A stretch of DNA of 64,000 nt from Ilumatobacteraceae bacterium (GCA_039920665.1 JBDSDH010000042.1:2532-66531); one strand, 5' to 3'. Shown: positions 38,850-47,801, numbered from the stretch's first letter. Numbers and translations are program-made. The notes: generated by a model not told the origin, from the sequence alone.

Positions 38850-39772
38850 TGCCGACAGCCATGCTCGAACGTCGAGAAACCCATCCCGTTTCAGTCGAAG
38901 ACCTTGCGGGGGTCGGTGGCCGCCGCAAGTTGAAGAACGCCGTAATGACTTCGCTGATGGGCGTGTCCGTCCTCATCATCCTGGTCGCGCTGATCCTGGT
39001 GCTCTGGACAGTAGTCACCAAGGGCTGGTCGATTGTGACCGGCATGTTCCCGGATTGGTTCACCGAAGACATCCAGTTGTCGCCTCGTCGCCCGGGGCCC
39101 GGCGTGAAGGCAGCGATCGTCGGCACCGTGATCACGACCGCCATGGCGTCAGTGATTGCGATCCCGCTCGGCATCGCCGGTGCGGTGTATCTCAACGAGT
39201 ACGGCAAGCGTGGATTGTTCGCTCGGATCCTGCGCTTTTTCACAAGTGTGATGGCCGGCGTGCCGTCGATCGTGATGGGCCTCTTCATCTACGTCTTCTG
39301 GGTCGTACCCCGCGGCACCGATGGACTCAACGGCTTCAGCGGCGCGCTGGCGCTCGCATGCCTGATGTTGCCGATCGTCGTCCGCTCGACGGAAGAAATG
39401 CTCAAGCTGGTCCCACAGAACCTGCGCGACGCGAGCTACGCACTCGGCGCGACCGGGAGCAGGACCACGCTCGGCATCGTGATCCCGAAGGCTTCGCCCG
39501 GCATCATCAGCGGCTGCCTGCTTGCCATCGCCCGTGCGGCCGGTGAGACGGCCCCGCTGATCTTCACGATCGGTGCCGCCAAACGAACGAACTGGAACGT
39601 GTTCGACGGCACGAACACCTCGCTCAGTCTGCAGATCTACAACAACGCCAAGGAGAGCTTCGCGACCGCCCAGGAACGGGCATGGGGAGCTGCGCTGACC
39701 CTCATCGTGCTCGCCGTCCTGTTCACCGCCGCGGCGCGGATCCTGTCCGCCCGCATCTCCAACAAGTCATAG
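38846..39772 (+). CDS. pstA: Phosphate ABC transporter permease PstA
   Basis: The start overlaps the pstC stop. Permease motifs [11 protein letters not shown] and [10 protein letters not shown]. Confidence 0.9.
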   Translation: MMPTAMLERRETHPVSVEDLAGVGGRRKLKNAVMTSLMGVSVLIILVALILVLWTVVTKGWSIVTGMFPDWFTEDIQLSPRRPGPGVKAAIVGTVITTAMASVIAIPLGIAGAVYLNEYGKRGLFARILRFFTSVMAGVPSIVMGLFIYVFWVVPRGTDGLNGFSGALALACLMLPIVVRSTEEMLKLVPQNLRDASYALGATGSRTTLGIVIPKASPGIISGCLLAIARAAGETAPLIFTIGAAKRTNWNVFDGTNTSLSLQIYNNAKESFATAQERAWGAALTLIVLAVLFTAAARILSARISNKS

Positions 39773-39777
39773 GCACC

Positions 39778-40698
39778 ATGAACTCCACCGACACGACTCA
39801 CGCCACCGACACAACCGATCTCGTCGACGACGTCGATATCTCGATCTTCGCGGCGGTGGGCACGACTCCTGTCGTCGTGCAGTCCGCGGCGTCTGACATA
39901 CCCGATCCGGGTCGCGAGTTGGTGTTCGACGTCGAGGACCTCGCCGTGTGCTACGGCGCGTTCACAGCCGTGCGCGAGGTGAACCTGAAGATTCGCCCGA
40001 ACGAGATCACTGCGTTCATCGGACCCTCCGGCTGCGGCAAGAGCACCGTGCTGCGCTGCTTCAACCGGATGAACGACACGATCGCAGGCGCACGAGTCGA
40101 CGGCAAGGTCGAGTATCGCGGCATCGACCTGTATGCCCCCGACGTGTCGGCGAACCAGGTCCGGCGTTACATCGGGATGGTGTTCCAGAAGCCGAACCCG
40201 TTCCCCAAGAGCATCTACGACAACGTCGCCTATGGCCCGCGTCTGATCGGCATCAGCAAGAAGTCCGAACTCGACGACATCGTCGAGCACTCACTCAAGG
40301 GCGCTGCATTGTGGGACGAGGTCGGCAACCGGCTCAAGTCGTCAGCACTCGGCCTGTCGGGAGGTCAGCAGCAGCGGCTGTGCATCGGCCGAGCGCTCGC
40401 GATCAAGCCCGACGTGATCCTGATGGACGAGCCCTGCTCGGCCCTCGACCCGATCGCGACGGCCCGGATCGAAGACCTGATGCAGGAGATCAAGAAGGAC
40501 CACACGATCCTGATCGTCACCCACAGCATGCAGCAGGCCGCTCGAGTCAGCGATCGCACGGCGTTCTTCACCACCGAGGTCAACGAGACCAACGATCGCC
40601 GCACCGGCATACTGGTCGAGTGCGACCGCACCGACCGGGTCTTTTCGAACCCGGCCGACGAGCGCACCGAGGCCTACGTCACGGGCCGCTTCGGCTGA
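39778..40698 (+). CDS. pstB: Phosphate ABC transporter ATP-binding protein PstB
   Basis: [35 protein letters not shown] and [14 protein letters not shown] at 39778. Confidence 0.95.
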   Translation: MNSTDTTHATDTTDLVDDVDISIFAAVGTTPVVVQSAASDIPDPGRELVFDVEDLAVCYGAFTAVREVNLKIRPNEITAFIGPSGCGKSTVLRCFNRMNDTIAGARVDGKVEYRGIDLYAPDVSANQVRRYIGMVFQKPNPFPKSIYDNVAYGPRLIGISKKSELDDIVEHSLKGAALWDEVGNRLKSSALGLSGGQQQRLCIGRALAIKPDVILMDEPCSALDPIATARIEDLMQEIKKDHTILIVTHSMQQAARVSDRTAFFTTEVNETNDRRTGILVECDRTDRVFSNPADERTEAYVTGRFG

Positions 40699-40712
40699 CA
40701 ATCACAGGTCGA

Positions 40713-42830
40713 TCAGGGGTCGAGTCGGCTTTGGGAAACCGTCGTGGGGTCGGCGCTGGGTGTGCGGCCGCGCTTCTGCTTGGCGCTGACCCAGTGATAC
40801 ATTCGCTCTTGGCTGTGCGGCTCGAATGCGTCGGCAGGCCCAACTCGCAGCCAGGTGTTGTCCGGCTGGAGATCGTAAGCAACGATGTCATCGGCGAGTT
40901 GAAAGGCGAGCACTTGGTCGATCCACGGCTGATGCTTGGGATGGGTGACCGGTACGAGCGTCTCGACCCGACGGTCGAGGTTGCGCGGCATCAGGTCCGC
41001 TGAACCGATCAGGAACAATGGCTTGGCCTCGTCAGCGGTGGACGAGGTCCCGTGGGCGAAGCGGTAGATCCGTGAGTGCTCGAGATAGCGACCGAGCACG
41101 CAGCGGACGCGGATGTTCTCCGACAGCCCCGGCACCCCCGCCCGCAGGCAACAGATACCGCGGACGAGCAGGTCGATCTGGGCACCGGCCGCGCTCGCTG
41201 CGTACAGGGCCTCGATCATCTCCGGATCACCGATCGAGTTGGTTTTGATCGCGATCCTGCCCGCCGCCCCATGGGACGCTTCGTTGGCGATCAGTTGCAG
41301 CAGCCGTGGCCGCAACGTGTGCGGCGCAACGACCAGCGCCTTGTAATCCTCGCCTCGGCTGTACCCGGTGAGGTGGTTGAACAGTTGCGTGGCATCCTCG
41401 CCGATCGCTGGATCACACGTGATGAAACCGATGTCTTCGTACAGACGAGCGGTCTTGGAGTTGTAGTTGCCGGTGCCCAGATGGACGTACCGACGCAGGC
41501 CGTCGGCGTCGTTGCGCACGACCAGCACGCACTTCGCATGGGTCTTGAGCCCGACCACGCCGTACACAACGTGCACACCGGCTCGCTCAAGCGTCTTGGC
41601 CCACGTGACGTTGGTGGCCTCGTCGAACCGGGCCTGCAGTTCGACCAACACGGCGACCTGCACGCCTCGTTCGGCAGCTCTCATCAGACTCCGAGCGATC
41701 GGGCTGTCGCCCGATGTCCGATACAGGGTCATCTTGATCGTCTGAACCCGCGGATCGTCGGCGGCCTCGGCGATGAACGCTTCGACCGAACTGGCGAAGG
41801 ACTCGTAGGGATGGTGCACCAGCAGGGCTCGCTCACGAACGACCGAGAACAGGCTGCGATCGGCTTCCTCGGCCGTGGCGATCCGGCCGGCGGTGACCGG
41901 CGGCCAGGGCACGTCCTTGAGCGTGGGCTTGTCGATGCCCTGCAGCGCGAAGAGGCAGGTGAGATCGAGCAACAGTCGGTGGTGGGTGACGCCATCCGGT
42001 TCGAGCTCGAGTTCGCGGAGCAGCAGTTCGAGCATTTCTGGGCTCATCGTCGCCTCGACCTCGAGCCGCACCGCACGTCCGAACCGGCGCCGACGGAGTT
42101 CGAGTTCGACCGCCACGAGGAGATCGTCAGCGTCTTCGTCCTCGAGCGTCAGGTCGGCATTGCGGGTGATCCTGAACGCTGCGACCTCTTCGATCTCCAT
42201 CCCGATGAACAGTGTGTGCAGGTGGGCAGCAATCACCTGCTCGAGCGGCACGAACCGCAGCCCGTCGGGCAACGCAACCAGGCGCGGCAGAATCGACGGC
42301 ACCTTCAAGCGGGCGAAGCGCCGTTCGCCGGTCTCCGGGTCACGAACGGTGGCCGCAAGGCTCAACGCCAGGTTGGAAATGTATGGAAACGGGTGGGCAG
42401 GATCGACGGCGAGCGGCGTGAGCACCGGGAAAATCCGCTGGCTGAAGATGTCGACCACGAAGCTGCGCTCGACCGGCGACAGTTCGGCCCAGGCAAGGAT
42501 CTCGATGCCTTCGTCCTGCAGCGCTGGCCGCAGTTCGTTGGCGAGCAGATCTTCTTGGATCGCGATCAGCTCGCGCACGATCTCACCGATCTCGTCGAGC
42601 TGTTGTTGGGGCTGTCGCCCGTCCGGGCCAGGCGTGACGATGCCGGCGGCAACCTGGTCGTGCAGCGCGGCGACACGAACCTGGAAGAACTCGTCGAGGT
42701 TGGCCGAGAAGATGGCCGCGAACTTGACCCGTTCGAGCAGAGGAATGCCGCGCTCACCAGCCAGCGACAGGACCCGTCGGTTGAACGCCAGCCAACTCAG
42801 TTCGCGGTTGAGATGTCGCTCGTCAAGCAC
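40713..42830 (-). CDS. ppk1: Polyphosphate kinase 1
   Basis: NRELSWLAFNRRVL, NLDEFFQVR, two PLD-like HKD regions (LKTHAKCVLVVR, YLEHSRI) and NLDRRVE. Confidence 0.95.
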   Translation of the reverse strand: MLDERHLNRELSWLAFNRRVLSLAGERGIPLLERVKFAAIFSANLDEFFQVRVAALHDQVAAGIVTPGPDGRQPQQQLDEIGEIVRELIAIQEDLLANELRPALQDEGIEILAWAELSPVERSFVVDIFSQRIFPVLTPLAVDPAHPFPYISNLALSLAATVRDPETGERRFARLKVPSILPRLVALPDGLRFVPLEQVIAAHLHTLFIGMEIEEVAAFRITRNADLTLEDEDADDLLVAVELELRRRRFGRAVRLEVEATMSPEMLELLLRELELEPDGVTHHRLLLDLTCLFALQGIDKPTLKDVPWPPVTAGRIATAEEADRSLFSVVRERALLVHHPYESFASSVEAFIAEAADDPRVQTIKMTLYRTSGDSPIARSLMRAAERGVQVAVLVELQARFDEATNVTWAKTLERAGVHVVYGVVGLKTHAKCVLVVRNDADGLRRYVHLGTGNYNSKTARLYEDIGFITCDPAIGEDATQLFNHLTGYSRGEDYKALVVAPHTLRPRLLQLIANEASHGAAGRIAIKTNSIGDPEMIEALYAASAAGAQIDLLVRGICCLRAGVPGLSENIRVRCVLGRYLEHSRIYRFAHGTSSTADEAKPLFLIGSADLMPRNLDRRVETLVPVTHPKHQPWIDQVLAFQLADDIVAYDLQPDNTWLRVGPADAFEPHSQERMYHWVSAKQKRGRTPSADPTTVSQSRLDP

Positions 42831-42883
42831 GAGCCAAGGATACTCCGACCCGGTTCGGCGAACGGGTGTTGGTCAGGTCGGGC

Positions 42884-43144
42884 TTATTCGTCCTCGTCGA
42901 GCAGGCCGAGATCCCATTCGAGGGAAATCGCTTCACGCTCGGCGTCGCGGATGATGCGCTCGCGGTTGCGACGGAATTGCGGATCGTCGCGAGGCAGCAG
43001 CACCAAACGGGCAAGGACCCGCGCCCGGAATTCGTCGATGACGGCCCGGTCGCCGTAGGCCCCGTAGACCTCCCAGTGCGGTGAGACGGGTCCGAGGTAG
43101 ACGATCTTGGCGTGGGCTCGAGGCTGAACGTTGATGTCGGTCAT
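42884..43144 (-). CDS. Hypothetical small protein (86 aa)
   Basis: ATG at 43144 gives MTDINVQPRAHAKIVYLGPVSPHWEVYGAYGDR..., with an acidic C-terminus. I recognise no family. Confidence 0.5.
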   Translation of the reverse strand: MTDINVQPRAHAKIVYLGPVSPHWEVYGAYGDRAVIDEFRARVLARLVLLPRDDPQFRRNRERIIRDAEREAISLEWDLGLLDEDE

Positions 43145-43397
43145 GGCAAAACTCCTGGCAGACGAGGCTCTAGACACTGCCCCTCGACAGTGCAGGGAGT
43201 GTATCGGCCGAAAGACTGATTGTCGGCTACGGCTGTTGGCAGGATGGACGAGTTGTGTTTGACTGACCTGCAACCGGGAACCGGACGGCTCCGTAGAACG
43301 TCTGAGGAGAGACGTGCTCTTTGGTCAGGAACCTGGGTCCCATCGGGGCTGGTGCGGGTGGACTACGCAGGCGTGGAATCTAGCGAAAGGCTCGTTC

Positions 43398-43694
43398 ATG
43401 CAGGATCAATCAAGGTCACAATCAGGACACGACTTCACGTCGGAAGACGCGGCGACCATCTGGATGTCGGAAGGCAACTGTCGAAACTATCCGCCGGCTG
43501 CATTCTTCCCCAGCGACGGCGTCGGCGTGGATCGGGCTCGCAAGATCTGTGCGACATGTCCCGTCGCCGACACATGTCTGGAGTACGCCTTGCACAACCG
43601 GATCGAACACGGTGTGTGGGGTGGATGCAGCGAGCGTGAGCGTCGTCGGATCCTCAAGCGTCGCCGCGGGCTGGCCCTCACCGCGGTGAGCTGA
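43398..43694 (+). CDS. WhiB-family transcriptional regulator
   Basis: Four Cys (C-x22-C-x2-C-x5-C: GNCRNY...ICATCPVADTC), a GVWGG turn and a basic tail (ERERRRILKRRR). Confidence 0.9.
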   Translation: MQDQSRSQSGHDFTSEDAATIWMSEGNCRNYPPAAFFPSDGVGVDRARKICATCPVADTCLEYALHNRIEHGVWGGCSERERRRILKRRRGLALTAVS

Positions 43695-43732
43695 CAGACA
43701 CGACAACGGCACCCACAACGAGAATCACAGAG

Positions 43733-43784
43733 AAAACCACAACGCCGGTGCCGCTTCTCGGAGCGGCACCGGCGTTGTGGTTTT
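43733..43784. terminator. Bidirectional intrinsic terminator between convergent whiB and tatA
   Basis: A perfect 23-bp stem (aaaaccacaacgccggtgccgct / agcggcaccggcgttgtggtttt) with a 6-nt loop. The A-run on the left and T-run on the right give a U-tract on both strands. Confidence 0.8.
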
Positions 43785-43883
43785 CAGACTTCAGATGAGT
43801 TCCCGTGTGCGACGAAGTCCCAAGCCCTGCCGCTCCAACAATGGTGCTGGGTCGATCCAAGGACCGGACCCGATCAGGTCAGA

Positions 43884-44123
43884 TCACGAGGGGTTGTCGG
43901 AGGCCTTGTCGATCTTGTCGAGACGAGCGAGCTTCTCTTCGATTGTCTCCTCGGTCGAGGCTGCGCCTTCGACCTTGCCCTGATCCAGCCCACGCTTGAA
44001 CTCGGTTTGGGCCTTGCCGAGGTTCTTGGCCAGTTTGGGGATCTGCGATCCGCCGAACAGGACGACCATGACGACGACCAGGATGATGATCTCTTGCGGT
44101 GAGTCGAGGAATGCTGGGAACAT
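43884..44123 (-). CDS. tatA: Twin-arginine translocase subunit TatA/E
   Basis: 79 aa with a TM helix (IIILVVVMVVLFGGSQIPKLAKNLGKA) followed by an amphipathic helix and an acidic tail. Confidence 0.9.
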   Translation of the reverse strand: MFPAFLDSPQEIIILVVVMVVLFGGSQIPKLAKNLGKAQTEFKRGLDQGKVEGAASTEETIEEKLARLDKIDKASDNPS

Positions 44124-44210
44124 GCGTTGAACCTTACCAGTGGGTCTGTTCGGAGCGGTAGGCGCTCACAGCGGTTTCTTTCGGTGCAGACCCCGAGGGA
44201 CCAGCGTTGA

Positions 44211-44531
44211 TCAGGCCGTCGCGGTACGACGGGTCGACTGTGCCCGCTGGCGGCGCAAGCGGCGACGTTCGCGCTCGCTGAGACCGCCCCAGATGCCGAA
44301 CTTCTCACCGTTGACCAACGCGAACTCGAGGCAGTCGAGGCGAACCACACAACCGCGGCACACCTCCTTGGCCTCACGAGTGCTCGCACCGCGTTCGGGG
44401 AAGAACAGGTCGGGGTCGACACCGAGGCAGTTGGCCTGGTCCTGCCAGCTCCGATCGTCTTCGGTGCCTGCGCCGCTGTGTGTTCCGCCATGTGTGTTCG
44501 GCGAGTGGATGTTGGAGAAGTTATTGGTCAT
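44211..44531 (-). CDS. WhiB-family transcriptional regulator
   Basis: ANCLGVDPDLFFP, EVCRGCVVRLDCLEFAL, GIWGG and ERERRRLRR. An AGGAGG RBS precedes the ATG at 44531. Confidence 0.9.
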   Translation of the reverse strand: MTNNFSNIHSPNTHGGTHSGAGTEDDRSWQDQANCLGVDPDLFFPERGASTREAKEVCRGCVVRLDCLEFALVNGEKFGIWGGLSERERRRLRRQRAQSTRRTATA

Positions 44532-44770
44532 CGTGTGGCCTCCTGCCTTTGTAGGCCGGGGTGCAATTGGCTCCGACGAGGTCGTCGGGGTGTGATCGCA
44601 CCCGTGTAATTACAATGGTGTCATTGTCCCCTATCACATCCCACCTTTGCAAGGGGGGATTTCACATTTGTCGGATTTCTCGCGCGATGAGCGCGAATCA
44701 CTGAACGCCGAGCACGTGCAGTCGCGCGCTTCGTGAGATCCAGCGACCCTCGAGCCAAACGGAAACCGGA

Positions 44771-46246
44771 TCAGCTGGCTTGGCGACCGCCGCGAGCCAT
44801 CCGCTTCTTGTTCTCGATGAAGTCGACCAGCACGAAATCACCCAGGTTTTCCGGTGTCGTGAAGAACGCCCGGCCGCGGTTGATCGAGGTCAACTTCTCG
44901 ATGAAGCTCTTCAGCGAACGGTCTGCGTCGAGCATGAACGTGTTGATCCGGATGTTGTCCTTGGTGCATCGGAGCACCTCGCGCAAGGTGGCCTCGACGG
45001 TCTCCTGGGTCGGCGGGTAGTTGAAGTACGGCTCACCGTTGGCACGGATATGAGCGGTTGGTTCGCCGTCGGTGATCATGATGATCTGCTTGGTTCCGGT
45101 CTGGCGCGACAGCAACTTGCGAGCAAGCATCAACGCGTGTTGCATGTTGGTGCCGTATGCAAAGTCCCAACTCACCTCGGGCAATTGCTCGGCTGTCAGG
45201 ATCCGGGCCACTTCGCCGAAGCCGACGAGGCCCATGTAGTCGCGCGGGAACTGCGAGGTGATCAAGGAGTGCAGGGCCATCGCGACTTTTTTTGCCGGGA
45301 GGAAGTTGTCGCGCATCGGCATGCTCATCGACAGGTCGAGCAACAGCACCGTCGCCGACTTGGTGACGTGCTCGGTGCGCTCGATTTCGAAGTCCTCCGG
45401 CGACAGGTGCACGGGCGTGCCGCCACCGCTGCGCCGCAGTGCGTTGCGGATCGTTCGTTGGAGGTCGAGGTTGAACGGATCGCCGTACTCGTACTGCTTG
45501 GTCTCGTAGGTGCGCTCGTGGCCCTGGCCGTGCAGATCCATCTGGTGCTGGCCGGTCTTGTCCTTGGCGAGCTTGCTGAACAGCTCGCGCAGTGCGTTGG
45601 AGCCGATCTTGCGCATCCCCTTCGGCGTGAGTTCGAGACGACCTTCCTTGTTCTGGATCAGGCCGGCCTCTTCGAGCATCTTGGCCATCTCGGCCAGCCG
45701 CTCGAGTGACCGAGCGGCGTCGTCACCCATCAGGTCGCGGACGCGATCCATGTCGGCTTCGGCCAGCGCGCTCGGGTTGGTGGCGTTGCGGAGCAGGTTC
45801 TCGAGCTGATCGAGCTCGCCGAGTTCCTGCATCATCTGCATCGCCTGACCCATGCCCATCGGGTCCTGGCCCTCGAACTCGTAGCTCTGGTTCCAGTTCA
45901 TCTGGGGGAACATGCTGCGCAGGTTCTGGCCGAGCTGATCCATCTGCCAGCGGAGGTCCATGTCTTCCATCAACTGATCGCTGAGCTGCTGCATCTGGGC
46001 CCGCTGCTCGGGCGTCATCGAGTTCATCATCGCCTGCATCGCAGCCATCCGCTTGGCCATGATCTCGAGCAGTTCGTCGAGCGACTCTGGGTTCTCCGGG
46101 AAGAAGTCGCCGAAGTTCTCCATGAACTGCTCGAACTGTGGATCCTCACCGCGCTGCTGCTTGTCGAGCATCTCGTTGAGACTGGCCAGCATGTCCTTCA
46201 TCCGGGCCATGTCTTTGGGCGACATGTTCTGCATCTCGCCGCTCAT
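44771..46246 (-). CDS. VWA (von Willebrand A / CoxE-like) domain protein, apparently lacking its N-terminal ~200 aa
   Basis: A Met/Gln/Glu-rich helical region (MQNMSPKDMARMKDML..., MTPEQRAQMQQL) is followed by a C-terminal VWA domain with MIDAS residues (LLLDLSMSMP, GTNMQHAL, ITDGEPTA). There is an in-frame stop 5 codons upstream of the ATG and no MoxR-type ATPase partner upstream. Confidence 0.75.
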   Translation of the reverse strand: MSGEMQNMSPKDMARMKDMLASLNEMLDKQQRGEDPQFEQFMENFGDFFPENPESLDELLEIMAKRMAAMQAMMNSMTPEQRAQMQQLSDQLMEDMDLRWQMDQLGQNLRSMFPQMNWNQSYEFEGQDPMGMGQAMQMMQELGELDQLENLLRNATNPSALAEADMDRVRDLMGDDAARSLERLAEMAKMLEEAGLIQNKEGRLELTPKGMRKIGSNALRELFSKLAKDKTGQHQMDLHGQGHERTYETKQYEYGDPFNLDLQRTIRNALRRSGGGTPVHLSPEDFEIERTEHVTKSATVLLLDLSMSMPMRDNFLPAKKVAMALHSLITSQFPRDYMGLVGFGEVARILTAEQLPEVSWDFAYGTNMQHALMLARKLLSRQTGTKQIIMITDGEPTAHIRANGEPYFNYPPTQETVEATLREVLRCTKDNIRINTFMLDADRSLKSFIEKLTSINRGRAFFTTPENLGDFVLVDFIENKKRMARGGRQAS

Positions 46247-47549
46247 CTTGTCGACGCTCGATCATGTTGAACAGACGACGCACGTTGATGTACGTCCAGT
46301 CGGTGTTTGACGACAGGGTGCGAGCACCCCAGACGCGAATGCCGCGGGTACCGAAGGGACGAATGCAGTTGATCCCCATCGGGTTGAGCAGACCCTGCTC
46401 GGCCATCGTGATGTTCATCTCGACATCGAGCGCGCCGCGAACGACCTCGTTGGCCGGGGCCTTCCAGACACCACGGGTGTCGTCGGTGCGAGCCCAGATG
46501 CCGGCCATGTGGCCGGACGGGGGAACCATGACCTCGGTGTCTCCGTTGTCGACCGACGCCGGGTTGCTGACCTTGATCCACGGGTAGTAGAACGCCGCGA
46601 ACTGGCTGTCGTACATCGCCACGCCTTCGCGCCACTCCTTGACTTGCTGGGGCGACATACCGGGAGGTGCATCGAGCACGGCCATCCGGTTTGCCTGGCC
46701 CTCACAATGGTTGATCAGCGCGAGCTGCACCGACTTCCACATGTTGAGGTCGACGGTGCCGTCATCCTTGGTGGCCGCGGTGATCAGGTCGGGGATCATG
46801 ACCATCGTGACGTCGTCGGCGATGACCAGACCGTTGATCCCGGTGCGAGCGGTCTCGGAACCCGTGAAGGCACGGCCGGAGACCGGCGTCGGGTTGGCCG
46901 GGGCCGGCTCGATGCTGTACAAACCGGCCGGGATCGAAGCGAGGTCGTTGACGAGCTTCTCGGTGTCGATCTTGGTGGCCACCTTGACCTTGGTGGACTC
47001 CTTGTTGATGATCGTCTCAGCCTGACGCTTGCCGGTGGCGAGTGTGAGGTTCGGGTACGACTCGACGACCTTGCCACCCTCGACCACATCGATCGTGAAC
47101 GTCGGCGGATCCGTTTCCTTGGCATCGTCGGCTGGCGCCTCGGGCGTCACCGACAGGGCAATGGCAGCGTTGGGCTCGACGGTCGTGACCTCGAGCGCCG
47201 GCCCGAGGCTGCGGTCTGCCGATGGCAGGGCACGGGTGCCGCTCTCGGTGGCCGGGGTGCTGTTGGGGATGCGCACGATGTAGGCCAGGCTGCCACCGTT
47301 GTTGAAGTAGCCGTAGACCGAGTGAGGCAGCATGATGCCGGGGGCGAAGCCGCCGAACAGCTTCTCGAATTGGGTCCAATTGGTGACCAGCCGGGGCTTG
47401 ACGCCATCCGGATCGGTCAGGTCATCGGTTGGTGCCTTCGCGGTGAAGCCGACAAAGGCGGCAACTGCGGTTGCCCCTGCCGACAGCGTCGCTGAACTGG
47501 ACGCCACCTCTTCTACATAGACGCCAGGCGTGAGATAAGTTGCGGCCAC
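46146..47549 (-). CDS. Phage tail sheath family protein (contractile injection system sheath), C-terminal end replaced by out-of-frame tail
   Basis: N-terminal AATYLTPGVYVEEV and C-terminal-domain motifs GVWKAPAN, LNPMGINCIRPFGTRGIRVWGARTLS and DWTYINVRRLFNMIE. The GTG at 47549 lies 8 nt after a GGAGGGG RBS. After NMIE the ORF reads 37 Arg/Gln/Asp-rich codons that overlap the VWA ORF. Confidence 0.8.
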   Translation of the reverse strand: MAATYLTPGVYVEEVASSSATLSAGATAVAAFVGFTAKAPTDDLTDPDGVKPRLVTNWTQFEKLFGGFAPGIMLPHSVYGYFNNGGSLAYIVRIPNSTPATESGTRALPSADRSLGPALEVTTVEPNAAIALSVTPEAPADDAKETDPPTFTIDVVEGGKVVESYPNLTLATGKRQAETIINKESTKVKVATKIDTEKLVNDLASIPAGLYSIEPAPANPTPVSGRAFTGSETARTGINGLVIADDVTMVMIPDLITAATKDDGTVDLNMWKSVQLALINHCEGQANRMAVLDAPPGMSPQQVKEWREGVAMYDSQFAAFYYPWIKVSNPASVDNGDTEVMVPPSGHMAGIWARTDDTRGVWKAPANEVVRGALDVEMNITMAEQGLLNPMGINCIRPFGTRGIRVWGARTLSSNTDWTYINVRRLFNMIERRQDERRDAEHVAQRHGPDEGHAGQSQRDARQAAAR

Positions 47550-47801
47550 GATCAATTCCCCTCCGTTGAGCTCATTGTGTACTAAACCTTCGCATCAGAT
47601 GCGTTACTCGACAAATTCGCTGCTGAGGCGGGCTCAGCAACCAATCAGTGGATTTCGGTGCCCCTTCAACGATCTGCCCGGTGAAGATTCCTACGTCGAC
47701 CCGCGGCAACAATAACAAGACTGCGTCCACAATGCGAGAAGTTCTTGCTCCTCTCCGTGAGGTTCTTTTGCAGAGGCCACTGATCGCGCCGCGATCCGAT
47801 T
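47550..47801 (-). promoter_or_regulatory. About 250-nt non-coding, lower-GC leader between the DUF4280 gene and the sheath gene
   Basis: The only open frame here has roughly 55% GC3 by eye, versus much higher in neighbouring genes. A small hairpin (gctgag-gcggg-ctcagc) lies at about 47621-47637. Confidence 0.3.

Noticed and set aside
46250-46255. A GTCGAC (SalI) site exactly at the sheath/VWA breakpoint, as a possible sign of a cloning or engineering artefact.
   Set aside because: GTCGAC is a very common hexamer in this GC-rich sequence and occurs many times in the window, so its presence at the junction carries no weight.
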